64,000 nucleotides of DNA from a virus (lineage: Duplodnaviria > Caudoviricetes): positions 128,001-192,000 of IMG/VR virus record IMGVR_UViG_3300013121_000027; one strand, given 5' to 3'. A model generated the notes under the pieces. The model did no database searches and was not told where the DNA came from. It worked only from the letters and a program-made list of their open reading frames with translations. Position 1 is the stretch's first letter, and each line of letters starts with the position of its first letter. This document shows, one piece after another, positions 8,395-21,000 of this stretch. The position numbers and the translations under genes are program-made.

Positions 8395-10571
8395 ACTGTA
8401 TCACCATACGAGAACCTTACTCTATAAGAGTCTAAAATTGGAGTGGATTTAACATCTTTTGAAGATCGAGCAAAATCAGCCCTTAATCTTAAAGCTGTTG
8501 GAGCAGTCAAGGTAGGCTTCTTATAACTTATCTTGAAGTTATTGGTAGGTTTTTTCCTTGTTATAATTTCACCATTATAAATAGTAAATGTATTTGCCGT
8601 ATTAACCTGGTTGTTCTTAAACTTATACAGGTCCACATATGTCCAATTATCTAATTTAACGACACCAAAATTAGACATATCATCATCAGACATTAGATTA
8701 ATAGTTCCAATATATGGATATTGATTGACGAGAGTTGTCGGCGGAATATTAATCATTGCAACTATATGATTTTTACCCTGCTTTAATTTCCATGGAACTG
8801 TTATCTTATCGATTCCAACTGGCATATTTGCTATTTCTCTACCGTTAAGAAATATTCTTACATCCCATATCCTTGAGTTGGTATCAGATTTCCTACACTC
8901 CTTAAGTATAACCGGTAATTCTTTTTCTACGTTTAAGAAAGTTTCCACGTAAATACTTTTATTATCTTCGCCTATATCTGCTCCATAGAAAAATTCATGT
9001 CCGGAATCTATTTCTCCATATGTTGTAGAATATGATGTTGGATCATCAAATTTCTGTTTCCAAAATGCAAATCCATTAGTGATAGCATTTTCATCGAGGT
9101 CTGTATAGAAGATTCTGGTACTATTGATACCTTCCTCAAGGGACAAAGTATTAGACAAAAATTCATCAGTAAATCCAGCAATGCGATAAACATCCAGACC
9201 GGCTATATAAGCTGGGGTCGGATTTCTTTTTGTTAAATCACTACTTGTAGAGTTTTGGTCTATTAGCTTTAAATCTGAAGCTGTTCTTGTATTTTTTCTA
9301 ATCATTTTAGATGATACAGTAGATCCATTAAATCTAACTACAGACTTAGTAGAATCTTGAGATATTGATATCGGAGTTATTTCTTTCCAGTCAAAATTAC
9401 TTATGGAAGAACCACCGTTGGGAATATCTTGTGCTATATAATACCTTATTGAAGTATTAGTAGGTATGAAATCTTGCGTAACGAGAGATACTGCGTCTAT
9501 GGCGGTTTCACTTGTTAACTCTGAAGCTATACCAAATGGTTCTGTTACTAAGGTAGCAAATGAGTCGTATACTTGTTCAAGAATCATAATTTCTTTGAAT
9601 CCAAAAGTGTAAACATATACGGTAGCTCCATTTATCTGTTCAACCGTATCAAATTCATTTTTAGACAATTGCAAATTAAATTTATTAATTTGATCCTTTA
9701 TTCCATCTCCAATGAATGAAATTTTCTCAGTACTTCTTTTAACATAAGAGCAAAATGGTTTTGTATAAGTAGTTGAATCTTCTGCTACAAACGTTGCGTT
9801 AATCCCGCACTGAACAGGTGTGATTCCAAATGGAGTAAGATCGATTCTACTCACAGCACCGGAAGTGAATTGAGTTGGTAACATCATCTGGATATCTACG
9901 GTAATAGGTTCTGGATATTGAACTTTGACATCAAAAAACCAAGCGGTATTTGTCATTCCATCAAACGCATTTTCAAAAGATGTTTTAATTAAAATAGGTA
10001 CAGTATTACCGCTTGAATTTCTTGCGGTTACAACAGGCTCAGATAACGCAGCCAGATTTAATCTTTTTGACATAGAACTTATTGCTGGAAGCGAAGCTAA
10101 TCCTGAATCCACATCAACAAAAGCGGAGGTTAAATTAAAATCAATAAAATCAGTAAAAGATAAATCATCAGAAAAAGAATAAAAATAGCCATCTGAATTA
10201 AAAATTCCAAGTAGAAAGTCATCTATCTTCTGTTCTAACATCGTCCTTTTAATCTTTAACCTTTGGAGATGCGTTCGCAGCACTGTATTAAGAATCATCA
10301 AGTCGTCTATTTGTTGTGCGCAAGCCTCATATAGGGTATCTATATTGACTATAACCATAGCCATAAAATCGTTTAACAATTCGGGATCACTAACTATATT
10401 TCTTGCAAAGACATTTAAATCAAAAATAATAGGATTGCCAGGTACATTTTTGCTAAAGTATTCGTTTAAGAATGGGTGAAAATCATCCCCCGTTGGAGCA
10501 ACGCCATTAACGAAATATGACTTAGCTATAAGCTCTAATATATTTTTGATCTGTATCTGACTTATGCTCAT
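8391..10571 (-). CDS. Virion/baseplate structural protein (paralog cluster)
   Basis: 726 aa; AFDG..NTAW, YTFGFKEI and C-terminal LRLRADF...STPILDSYRV motifs. Confidence 0.75.
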   Translation of the reverse strand: MSISQIQIKNILELIAKSYFVNGVAPTGDDFHPFLNEYFSKNVPGNPIIFDLNVFARNIVSDPELLNDFMAMVIVNIDTLYEACAQQIDDLMILNTVLRTHLQRLKIKRTMLEQKIDDFLLGIFNSDGYFYSFSDDLSFTDFIDFNLTSAFVDVDSGLASLPAISSMSKRLNLAALSEPVVTARNSSGNTVPILIKTSFENAFDGMTNTAWFFDVKVQYPEPITVDIQMMLPTQFTSGAVSRIDLTPFGITPVQCGINATFVAEDSTTYTKPFCSYVKRSTEKISFIGDGIKDQINKFNLQLSKNEFDTVEQINGATVYVYTFGFKEIMILEQVYDSFATLVTEPFGIASELTSETAIDAVSLVTQDFIPTNTSIRYYIAQDIPNGGSSISNFDWKEITPISISQDSTKSVVRFNGSTVSSKMIRKNTRTASDLKLIDQNSTSSDLTKRNPTPAYIAGLDVYRIAGFTDEFLSNTLSLEEGINSTRIFYTDLDENAITNGFAFWKQKFDDPTSYSTTYGEIDSGHEFFYGADIGEDNKSIYVETFLNVEKELPVILKECRKSDTNSRIWDVRIFLNGREIANMPVGIDKITVPWKLKQGKNHIVAMINIPPTTLVNQYPYIGTINLMSDDDMSNFGVVKLDNWTYVDLYKFKNNQVNTANTFTIYNGEIITRKKPTNNFKISYKKPTLTAPTALRLRADFARSSKDVKSTPILDSYRVRFSYGDTV

Positions 10572-10572
10572 T

Positions 10573-12552
10573 TTAGTCTCTTTTAATTATTTTTAGTTTA
10601 TAAGAATGAACTATTGGGGTGGCAGTTTGTTGATCGCTTGGTCTATCTATTTCTATTTTAACCCTTAAAGAGTTAACGGTTCCCTTTATATCATAATATC
10701 CAACCCCTGGATCTCTTAGATCACTTGGGGTAGGGTCGTTAAAAGCTATAATTTCTGGAATGTTTAAGAAATCGTCTTGAATTCTGGAGATTTGATACCA
10801 ACTCTTTCCATCATCTGGACTAATATAAAACTTAATCCAAGGCTCTGAAGAATCATAGCCGTTGGGTATAGATATATCTGCCTCTATCGAAACTCTATCT
10901 ATAATGCCAGGTATATTAAATTTTCTTGAGACAATAATACCCTTTGTATTGTATATATTTTTACCAACTTGTATATCACGAATACCAATAGCCCATCTTT
11001 TACCTTTAAAGTATTCTCTCTTTTGGACTAAATCACCCCAATCCAAATACCCTTGCGGATTACTAACCGAAGGATTCGGACCTAATCTTCTGAAACTTAA
11101 ATCATTTACATAGGAAGCAGATACAGTATTCCCTACACCGGCACCAGATCCAAGAATAGAACCACCACTATTAGACCCTACTGGATCTGGCGAGGGCGCC
11201 TCTTCAGTTCCAGAGTAGGCGATTGGGGAATCGTATGGAATACTTGCGTCATATGTCTCTGACGGTAAATTATAAACTGGATAATCTACAATATAGTTTG
11301 GGATATTGCCGGTATTGACGTTTGGATCATTAACTACATAATAGGTATGTCCTATATTACAATCTATTGGTTTTGGTTGTTCTATATTAAACCTAACATA
11401 TCTCACCATAGATCCTTCAGTTAGAAAAACCGCCGAACCGATTAATACTCTTTCGGTGTTAAGATTAGATATTTGTCTATTGATACTATTAGAAATCCAA
11501 ACATTTTCCGGACTTACCAAGTCCCAATTAGTTTTATCTACAGATGTTAAAATCTGAGTTATTTTAATGGGGTTATTAATATTGTCAGAAAGTCCAAATG
11601 GTATAAGGCTTATGTTATTTACTTGCTGCGCAGCTCCAAGATCTAACTCAAAACTTAATCTTAATATATTATCGACTAATCCATCAGCCCAATTGATAAG
11701 AGTACCAGATGTGCCATTCGAATCTCTCAAATATTTATCCATATCATCATTATTTAAAACATAATCAAAATTAAAGTTTCCAGCTAATCCACGTGCGACT
11801 TTACTTATGAAGTATTTTTCAAATTCAAACCAAGTATTTGGTTTTTGATCCAAAATATGATCAAGTTTTGCGTGACGATCAGTTTCTGCTTTGAATTGAT
11901 ATAATTTCTGTCCAGTAATCGGATTATATAATGCTGTCTGTGGGTCTAAAATTTCTTGATTATTACCCATTAACCCATTAGAACCATTCAATATGGTAAT
12001 CGTTGAAGTGGCAGTCAAACTAGAAGAGGTCGAGTTTATTTTTAAACAAACATTTCCGCTACCGACAAGAGAAGCTCTATTGTCTGGATGAACTAAATCC
12101 CAATCTATAAAGTCTTCTGTTATAAATCCATCGCCAAAATATATAAGAGATTTATTATCTACACTTGAATACATTTCAAGAGTTTTTATTTTGTTTTGAA
12201 GTTTTGTATTTTGCCCCATTGCCTTTAATACTTCGGTTTTCACAAAGTTATGAGAAAAGACAACTGAGGCATTAAGTAGATCTATTTGATCTTGTAAAAG
12301 ATTAACGTCATCCTGTACAGAAGCCCAAAAAGTATTCATCTTAGATGAAAGAGGAATCTCAGAAATGACCACTGGATCATAATTCGTTAATGCTTTACCA
12401 GCATGTAAATTGAACTTATTGAGGGTCTCATTTATAGTCTCTGAAATTTCTTGCGGTGTCTGATTTTTACTTGTGCTATACGCTTGTTGCATTTTTTTTA
12501 TTAATTGAATGGCTTGCGTATACAGCATTCGCGAAGGTGATTCTTGAGCCAT
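10573..12552 (-). CDS. Virion/baseplate structural protein (paralog cluster)
   Basis: 659 aa; ILDQKPNTWFE, WAIGIRDI, C-terminal LRVKIEI...TPIVHSYKLK. Confidence 0.75.
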   Translation of the reverse strand: MAQESPSRMLYTQAIQLIKKMQQAYSTSKNQTPQEISETINETLNKFNLHAGKALTNYDPVVISEIPLSSKMNTFWASVQDDVNLLQDQIDLLNASVVFSHNFVKTEVLKAMGQNTKLQNKIKTLEMYSSVDNKSLIYFGDGFITEDFIDWDLVHPDNRASLVGSGNVCLKINSTSSSLTATSTITILNGSNGLMGNNQEILDPQTALYNPITGQKLYQFKAETDRHAKLDHILDQKPNTWFEFEKYFISKVARGLAGNFNFDYVLNNDDMDKYLRDSNGTSGTLINWADGLVDNILRLSFELDLGAAQQVNNISLIPFGLSDNINNPIKITQILTSVDKTNWDLVSPENVWISNSINRQISNLNTERVLIGSAVFLTEGSMVRYVRFNIEQPKPIDCNIGHTYYVVNDPNVNTGNIPNYIVDYPVYNLPSETYDASIPYDSPIAYSGTEEAPSPDPVGSNSGGSILGSGAGVGNTVSASYVNDLSFRRLGPNPSVSNPQGYLDWGDLVQKREYFKGKRWAIGIRDIQVGKNIYNTKGIIVSRKFNIPGIIDRVSIEADISIPNGYDSSEPWIKFYISPDDGKSWYQISRIQDDFLNIPEIIAFNDPTPSDLRDPGVGYYDIKGTVNSLRVKIEIDRPSDQQTATPIVHSYKLKIIKRD

Positions 12553-15038
12553 TATATAATCTTTCTCGGATTTGCCTTAAGTGTCTTTGTTTTGAGTTGA
12601 ACATAGTTAACTGAAGGACTTACATAAGTATTGTCGTTTACTCTTAGGATAATTCTAAACCTTAAGTTGTTTGGTAGATACTGATAGAAAACCGTAAACT
12701 TTTCCGATATAGGCTTATTAAAAGCGATGCTTCTTCCAGAATGAACAAAAGCAGTTTGCGTTTCACTAAAATCAGAAAGAGAATTTTGAATAAGACCTTT
12801 ATAGTTCGTTTGATTCAAGGCAACAGATCCGTCATTCATTATTATAGTAATAGGTTGGTACGTACCCTGAAAACCATATTGTGAAGAGTAAGATCCAAAC
12901 TCTTCGATTTTTGTATAATCAACAAAAGGATCATTTTTTAAATCAATAATTTGATTATTATATGTTGAAGTAAATGTTTCTCCAGCGCCATAATCATCAA
13001 ACGCGGAAGCTAACAAAGATTGTCCGAAACCAAGATCTTCAAAGTTCACAATCTTACAAGTTGAAGATGGCTCATAATCAATTGTAAATAAATCTAAGTT
13101 ATTGAAAAATCCAGGACGGATCTGAATACCTTTTATCGTATTATTACTTACATTCTTAATGATATCAAAATTTGATGATTCAAGCAGAAATCCATTCTTA
13201 TAGATCCGAACCGATTTATTGATATCAGCCTCGAATCTAAACGTACCCGAGCCTGCCTCATCTATAAACAGCCTTTCACCATTAACCATAGATTCGTCTA
13301 TTGGAAGAATTGGAACCCAATCTGACTCTTTAGATGGGTTAGATTTATTCGAAACCGAGTACTCTATAGATGTGATTAAACTTGTATCTCTACCTCGTCC
13401 CTCAAAAATATAGTTTGTGTCATCAACTTTTATTTTTACTTCCCCAGAATCACTTGGGGCTGGTACTTTCTTTGAAACGAAAATACCTCTAAAAACACGT
13501 TCACCAGAACCAATCTGTATATTTCTTAATCCTAAATTATACTGATAGTCTAAAAACTTTTCTTCTTGTAATTTGGCATATGCGATAAGATCAGCAGATA
13601 GTGGTTGTTGTGGAGAAAGATCTATTTGGGCAGGGCGAGCATTTCCAGATACCATCGTAGATTGGTATGGAGAATTTGTTCTCATGAAGAATGGGTTAGC
13701 ATTAAAGATATGTCTATCCCTGAGCATTTCTGTATTACTAGCGAAAATATTTTCGTCAATCATTCTGCTCATAAAATGATTTATTTGGCTTTTAGAATTT
13801 ATAAAATCTTTCTTCGGATTATTTGAATCATATCCCATTATAATTTTATCTATAGTCAAAGGTCCAAATGAGGCATCAAAATCTATCTCTGGAATCTCCG
13901 ACTTAAATATTTTTACATTTTTTTGTTTTTTTTGTGATTTTATAAACAGTCTCTTTAATGCCTTCTTATTCCTCTTAAAGGAATTATCGGTATATATTGC
14001 AACTTCATTTTTATTTTTCTTAACTTCTTCACTGACTTTTCTGTAAACTATTTCCTGTTGTATTGGTGGAATTTCTCCCCTAAAATAAACAGATTGATTA
14101 AGTATTATTTTCACTTTAGAAATGGGACGAAGCTCAAAACCTAATACCGTTGTCTTATCTAATTTTAAGGGTTCATTTAAAATAGATACCGTTTCAGTTT
14201 TATTATTATCGTTGACAAATAGAACAACTTGCATAACGTCAACTACCAAATCAGAAAATGGCGTCAGCACTAATGAATCGCAAGATGATATTGAATTTAA
14301 AAGTATCTCTAATTCGACTTGTGCACCAGCCTTACCAAAAGTATTGTCGATCTTAGAGGTGATTGGCTTAGGGGAAGATACCGCAATACGCCAACCATTT
14401 CCAACGTCCGTATTAAGAGCTTTATCTATTCCAGTATTGGAAGTCACAAATTGTAGACAATTACTATTTATTATCTCTGCACTAATAGGATATTGGTTTT
14501 TTAGAGATTGTCTTAGAGATAAAACACCTGATGCACTATTAACAGCTGCAAGTTCATTACTCTGAAAGTCGTTTCCAGACCTATCGGTAAGTCTTAGTGA
14601 TGATTCCTCACGCATCGTCTCATCGTTAAAAGTTTCTGTGAATGCATAATCGTAGAAGCCACCATCAGAAAGAGTAAAGGCATAGTTAGAAATAGATTTT
14701 TCCATTGCCATTATTTCATCTTCTATTCCTTTAATTTCGGAAGATAGAATTGAAGTATGTGATTCTAATAAAAGAGAAATTCTATTAGCATTGGCAAAGA
14801 GTTCTAATAGCTTATTTGTGATATCTCTATTAGCCGCATGGAAAGACCTTTCGCTAATAATGGATCCAAAAGATTCTCTATTTAAAATAATTGGAGCATT
14901 CTGCTTTGTATCTGAAAGTTTTTTTGCAATTAGATCAAGATCAGTTTTACTTGCTCTTGCCTCTGATAAAAGGCTATATATATTAATTCTTTGTTTGGCA
15001 GATAGAGTAGTTATATATTCATCTAAAAAATTTCTCAT
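12552..15038 (-). CDS. Virion/baseplate structural protein (paralog cluster)
   Basis: 828 aa; YNLGLRNIQI, C-terminal LRFRIILR...SPSVNYVQLK. Confidence 0.75.
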   Translation of the reverse strand: MRNFLDEYITTLSAKQRINIYSLLSEARASKTDLDLIAKKLSDTKQNAPIILNRESFGSIISERSFHAANRDITNKLLELFANANRISLLLESHTSILSSEIKGIEDEIMAMEKSISNYAFTLSDGGFYDYAFTETFNDETMREESSLRLTDRSGNDFQSNELAAVNSASGVLSLRQSLKNQYPISAEIINSNCLQFVTSNTGIDKALNTDVGNGWRIAVSSPKPITSKIDNTFGKAGAQVELEILLNSISSCDSLVLTPFSDLVVDVMQVVLFVNDNNKTETVSILNEPLKLDKTTVLGFELRPISKVKIILNQSVYFRGEIPPIQQEIVYRKVSEEVKKNKNEVAIYTDNSFKRNKKALKRLFIKSQKKQKNVKIFKSEIPEIDFDASFGPLTIDKIIMGYDSNNPKKDFINSKSQINHFMSRMIDENIFASNTEMLRDRHIFNANPFFMRTNSPYQSTMVSGNARPAQIDLSPQQPLSADLIAYAKLQEEKFLDYQYNLGLRNIQIGSGERVFRGIFVSKKVPAPSDSGEVKIKVDDTNYIFEGRGRDTSLITSIEYSVSNKSNPSKESDWVPILPIDESMVNGERLFIDEAGSGTFRFEADINKSVRIYKNGFLLESSNFDIIKNVSNNTIKGIQIRPGFFNNLDLFTIDYEPSSTCKIVNFEDLGFGQSLLASAFDDYGAGETFTSTYNNQIIDLKNDPFVDYTKIEEFGSYSSQYGFQGTYQPITIIMNDGSVALNQTNYKGLIQNSLSDFSETQTAFVHSGRSIAFNKPISEKFTVFYQYLPNNLRFRIILRVNDNTYVSPSVNYVQLKTKTLKANPRKII

Positions 15039-18000
15039 TCAACCCACCTATTTCCATCAAGATCTTCTATTTGATAAGCTACGCCTATTGTAATGTTTCT
15101 TTCGATAACATCTTTTATTTGTTGATAGGTAAAATCATCTCTTAATTCAGCGGGAAGTCTTATGATTACAAAGCCACCTTTTTGATATGAAACTGCCTTA
15201 TCTGAAATAATATCCCAATAGGATTCTGCCTCTGGTTGTATAGTAGTCATATCCGAAAGAGAAAAGGCAGTAGATAATCCTCCACCGCGTTTTCTCGTAT
15301 CGAGAATAATTAAGTCGTTAATATCTGATGACGTCGAGATGTGTACTATCCCAATCAGAAGCGCTGTTGGATCGAAATCCACTCTACTTGGATTAAAAAT
15401 AGAATCATCACTTGTAAAATTAACGGTTCGTGTCCTGATAGAATCTGATATTAGAACTCCGGCATTGTCAAAAACCGATTCCGGTAACAAATATATATAA
15501 AGGGGTTTGTTAACAAAGTCAGAATTCTTACTTAAGAATGGATTAAAGTTAATCTTTGTTTGTGCATCGCCTTTGAAATTATATACCTTTTTATCGGAAG
15601 TATAATCTACTTTTATTAACTTTGGATCAAGATTTGACAAAGGACTATTTAATGTTATCGTTCCATTTTTTGAGTCAAAATCTTTAATATCGGAAAAAAC
15701 TAATTCAACCCAAGGGCTTGAAGCGCTACTCCTTCTATATACCGTAAAGACGGGCAAATATGGATCCGCTTCAGAGTTATTGTTTGTAGGAACTTGAGAA
15801 ATAAGAAATGGATACTGACTTATTTTAATGGTAGATTCATCAACTATGGTCGGGGTCTCGCCCTTGATATCCAAATAAGGACGTCCATACTTAGAAGACC
15901 AAGCTTCATTTTTAGCTTCTGGTACCGAATAAAATGCTTTAACTGTAGTACCTTGGTAGTTCTTTAGATAATTAGTATAGGATCCATTATCCCTTAATCG
16001 TAATTGAATATCTCTTGTGAAGAATCCAGTTTTAATTGGTAGAGACCATAGATCAGTTTTAGTGAGACCTTTTGACATGGGCTCTATTTTAATGGTTGAT
16101 TGTCGTCCAGAAGTAATAGAGTAAACTGGCATAGCCCATCTAAATGGGCGCATGATTGAATCTATATTTCCAGGAACATTTACTGACGAATCTAATTCAT
16201 ATATTGTTTTAACAGCTATAAATATATTTTGAGGTCCCCTTCTTACGTAATCATAATAGGAAACTTCGGGTTCGCCAAATGTATTAACTAAAAATTCTCC
16301 AGTCTGAATATCATAGAATCCATAGTAGATAGTTTGATCAGTTCCAAAGGCATTTAGTTTATACCTTGCAAAGTGCGTAGATGTCGTCACATTATCGGGA
16401 AGGGCAGATGGGAAACCAAATGGTTTACCGGACGAATCGCAAATAAGCCTTAATCCATCATCTTTTTTAATCCAACCATAATATTTTTCATATTGTTCAA
16501 TAGCACCAGATGTATTCTTGGTATAGAATCCATTTGATCCATTACCAATCATTACTCCATTCACAAAATTTTCCGAACTCAAAACGCTCTGATAACCCTT
16601 ATAGGTTAGCTTTAATTTATTCAGAATCGTAGATTGCCCATCTTCAGTTTCTTCTTGCGCATCTATGAACTCTACATCAAAGAATGCGCCAGTGCTTGAT
16701 GGCTGAATATCTAATGAATGTATATCCCACTTTATATTCGATAAGGCAGAACCATCTGACGATTGGAGCGCCAATGCTGGCGAGAAGATTTGTGGAACTC
16801 CATACTTAAAATTCACTGTTGCAGAAAACGACAGATCAACTCTCTCTTGGTAAGTTCTACCTGGTACAGTAACCGTGACATCTCTATAGTATCCTGCAGC
16901 TCCTGGGAAAAATTTCTTACCATAAACTGCAACATCACGAATACCAATAAATCTTGCGGAACCCCATCCAGCAGGTCCAGATTGAAATGCCCTAAATATG
17001 ATACTATTTGTCGTCGTTTGAGGAACATCAATATTAATCCATTGTCCATCCCCACCACTTTTTCCGATTATATTACCAGGGAATCCTCTGGAAAAATCAT
17101 ACCCATAAAGAGAATCTCTTTCTGCAATGTCAACCCAATCGATACTTAAATTATTTGTTACCGTATCTAAAGTATACGGAAGAATAGAAATTCTATATAT
17201 TGGGAATCTTTCATTAAACTTAATTAAAAATGCTTCACGAATTTGTCCAGGTCCATTATGTTCCCATGACTGCTTGCAGTAAAAAGTTTCTGGCAAGTCA
17301 TCAGAAAGCGAATTTAACATCATAAACTTTTTAGCATTATTTGCATATGATAAAAGAAGAGGGTCATTAAACCCTGGAATATTAGAAATGGCTATTAATT
17401 TATATCCTAATAGAGACCAAGTTTCAGCATCTACAATGCCATCTATATATCTTGCTCCCATATATGTTTGAAATTTTGTTACGGCAGCCGCCGTTTTAGA
17501 TCCATATACACCATCTACCTGTAATCCTGGTCCAGCTATATCGCCAAAAAATATGACATAGTTTAATATTTGCTGAACGACCTTAACTAATTGTCCACTT
17601 GAACTCGCTGTAGAATTGGTCGTCGCGGTAAAGGTTGGCAACTGTCCAAATCCATTTGGAAAAACTTGATCTATGGTATAATTTTTGTAATAAGAAACGG
17701 CGCTAATAGATGTAGAAGTCCTTATAATGGGAAGTCCAGCATCGTTAGTCGTGAATGAAACCTCATACGGTATCACTCCGTGGTATAGTGGGAGTTCGCC
17801 CTTAACAAAATTTCCAGACGTATCGGTTAATAGTAAGCCAGAACTATTCTTTAACATAACCCATCGACTACCATAACTCCAAACCGGACGATATCCAGAC
17901 GGGTAAGGTGTCGAAGGCGTAATCGTATAAGTTGTAGAGGACGATCCCGCATGCAAGAATCCATGAATACCAGGATACGCCCAGTTATTGGGCAGTGTAT

Positions 18001-21000
18001 TATAATAGTTAGCAGAAGTCCAGGTGTCCATTCCGACCGGTTTTGGATATCCATCCTGATGCTTATATTTTGTTTCGTATCTATTTGCACCATCGGTATT
18101 CCAATGAAGAACAACATCAGAGAACGTATCGGCAGTTGGTGGTACCCATACCTGTGTGGTTGTCGTGCTCTCCTCTACGGTTACACTTCTGATAGCTCTA
18201 CCGGTAAGCGAAAAAGTGACAGTCGTATCGCCTATTGAACTATCTATATGGGAAACGTTTGCCTGTAGTTGATATGGTTTCGTCGGATAAACTCTTTGAC
18301 CAGATCCTGGACCAATACCAGATACCATTTCATCTCTTACAACATAAGAACCCAAATGGAATGGAATATTAAAAGCAGGAGAATAAGCTTTTGTCCATGC
18401 GGTTGGAATAGAGTTGTCGTTTATTAAATCAGTCGTTAATGTTTGAACCAATGGATTTGTTATGACGATAAAGTATCTCTTTGTTGCTCCAGTAAAAGAA
18501 TTAAATAAATCATTTGTATGATTGGGGTCTAACCTATTTATCTCTTCCTGAATGATTTGTTTGGCGGTTTTGTCAGAAAGAATCCTTTGCCAGGTTGGTT
18601 CTACGTCGGTAGATTTAACTGGAAGGAGTGCAAAGTTATACTTTATTTTTTCGTCTTCCGCTAAAATACCATTAGATGGATCTATAACCCATGATGTTTT
18701 CCAATCGCTATAGACGGTAACACTTTGAGTATTGCTGTTATTTGTTCCAATAGTATTATTATTAAAATCCGGTCCAGCTTTATTAATTGTCGAATACAAC
18801 ATGGTATTTAATCTCAATTTCATCTCACACGCATTGGCGGCTGAACTAACCATAGCTTTTAGGTTGCGTAGATATGAAGAATTAAGAAGATTTATATCTG
18901 ACAATTGCAATGAACGAGAAGCCATATTGCCATTAACATCAAATAAATGATCTTCAAAAAGACATGAAGTCGAAATGAATAAATTCCCACCACCATTAAA
19001 TCTCTTATGTAGAGCAGTTTTATGATATGCCTGAGTGTATGACTTTTCTATCGAGCAAGAACCATGAATGGTTATTACTTTCCCAGTCGTATCCGTAATA
19101 GTCTCATCTGGATCTAATGCGGTAAAGTCAGCATTTAAAACAGTGGTTCCATCAATTCCATCTCTAATAATTGCATTAAAGAGTTTTCCAGCCGTTGAGT
19201 AAGCACCGTTAGCGTAAGATCCTATATGAAGACCACCAGTTCCACTGAGATAGATTGATGTGACGCCATTTGTCGTATTGGTGGTAAGCGTAGTCCAAGT
19301 TGTTGGCTCGGTATCTTGATCTGCGGCGTATTTAAATGTGATAACTCTGTCACTACCATTAGCAATGTCAAGAGTAACCTTAATCCAATAAGTTTGTCCA
19401 TCAGAAAATGGAACGACGCTCGAAAGACTTGTTGAAATAGCGGTACCGTTTGTACTCCACCATAGGTTAAGTTTTCCATCTCCATCAACCAAAAGGGCAT
19501 ATTGGTACTCTCCGGATGTCGTCCAAGATTTTCCTATTAATCCCTGATTTTCTCCATATATCCAGTTGTCAAGAGCAACCCTACATACTATTTCTAAATC
19601 GGTATCAATGTTTAATGAGGCGTGATCTGGTGATGTAAGCTGTGTTCCATCTATTCTTTCTGTTCTTATATAAGTTTTATCGGAATCCGTATTAAGAGCT
19701 TCGAGAACTGGTCTAAAAGCGGCTGAGTCATAAGATTTAATAAACTGAAAAGAAACATCGGCTATATTTTGATATGCAGAAAGCGATTCTTCTTTTTCCT
19801 GATCTGTGAGTGACCATCCAGCAATGACATCTGCATCTGAAAGAATGGACCCTGTATCGGTATAGCTATTGATTATATCTGAAACATTAGGTGGCCAATT
19901 TTCCCACATACCAAAGGCACCGAATGTATCATCCTGATTGTCTATAGTAGCGTCATAGATTCTTAACGTAGAGGCTGATACCATATCGGTAACGTTAAGT
20001 GGATCGATTAAAGATGTCTGAAGTGTTTCCGAGAATTCAAAATCGGTTAAGCCAGATAGATCGCAAGAACTTGAAGTCTCAAGAATAAACGTCTTACCGA
20101 GTTGTTCAACGAAATAGTTTATTTTAGGTAAATATGGAGATATATCAATCGACTCCGCGGACGGTGCCCAAAGAAGGATATCGAAATTAGATAATTGATC
20201 TAAAGTTATTGATCCAATGTCTACATGCCAGTATGCGGCTTGTGTCTTTGTAAAACCCACTACATTGGAGTAATCGTAAGTTTCATGAAGTGGATTCACA
20301 AATTGAATTTTCGTGAAATTAAAATCACTTATGTTTAACTGATGAAAGAAGAAATTGGCTCTGGTAGAAAGATGATCGCCACCAGGTGGAACGACAACAC
20401 CAACCCGAATAAAAGTTGGCTCTTGACTAACAGTATTTGTTCCTGTATTTTCTTGCACTCTTGGACGCGTTATCTCACATGCCATCCGCCATCTGAAAAG
20501 CTGAAATACTCTTGGATCTGGAACCGCTTTACGCGGCACAAAGTATTTCCACCCATTAGAATTAACAGTAGAAGTTCCCAGAAGGTTTTGCTTCTTAGAA
20601 TATGGCTTAGATGAAAATATTTTTTCATTTATATTAGCTTGATCTACTACATCTGTTTCTTCTGGAATATATTTAAAATAATTGATAGGATTTATTTTCT
20701 CTTTAAATCCTTCTTCAAAATTTTTTAAGTTACCATTAATAGTTATTTCGGTTTTATTATAAACTAAAAATAGATCTTCAGTAATTGCATCTACGTGTAA
20801 AAAAACATGAATTCTATACACGGAATTTCTTGAGTCGGGATCTACCTGAACGCCATTTGGCTCAACGATAAAAATTTTATATTTCTTTTTTTCATTTTCA
20901 TCAACGAAATCAGATCCATTTTTATCTATAACTTTCACTAAGTTACCTAAATACTCTATCAAAGAACCAAAAGCAAGTCCGGTAAAATCTAAATGAAAAT

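Noticed and set aside
10610-10630. QTATP in the 659-aa protein as a member of the ATP sequon set
   Set aside because: It aligns with the family's conserved C-terminal [ST]P motif (KSTP, VSPS, GSPS in paralogs), so it is probably structural
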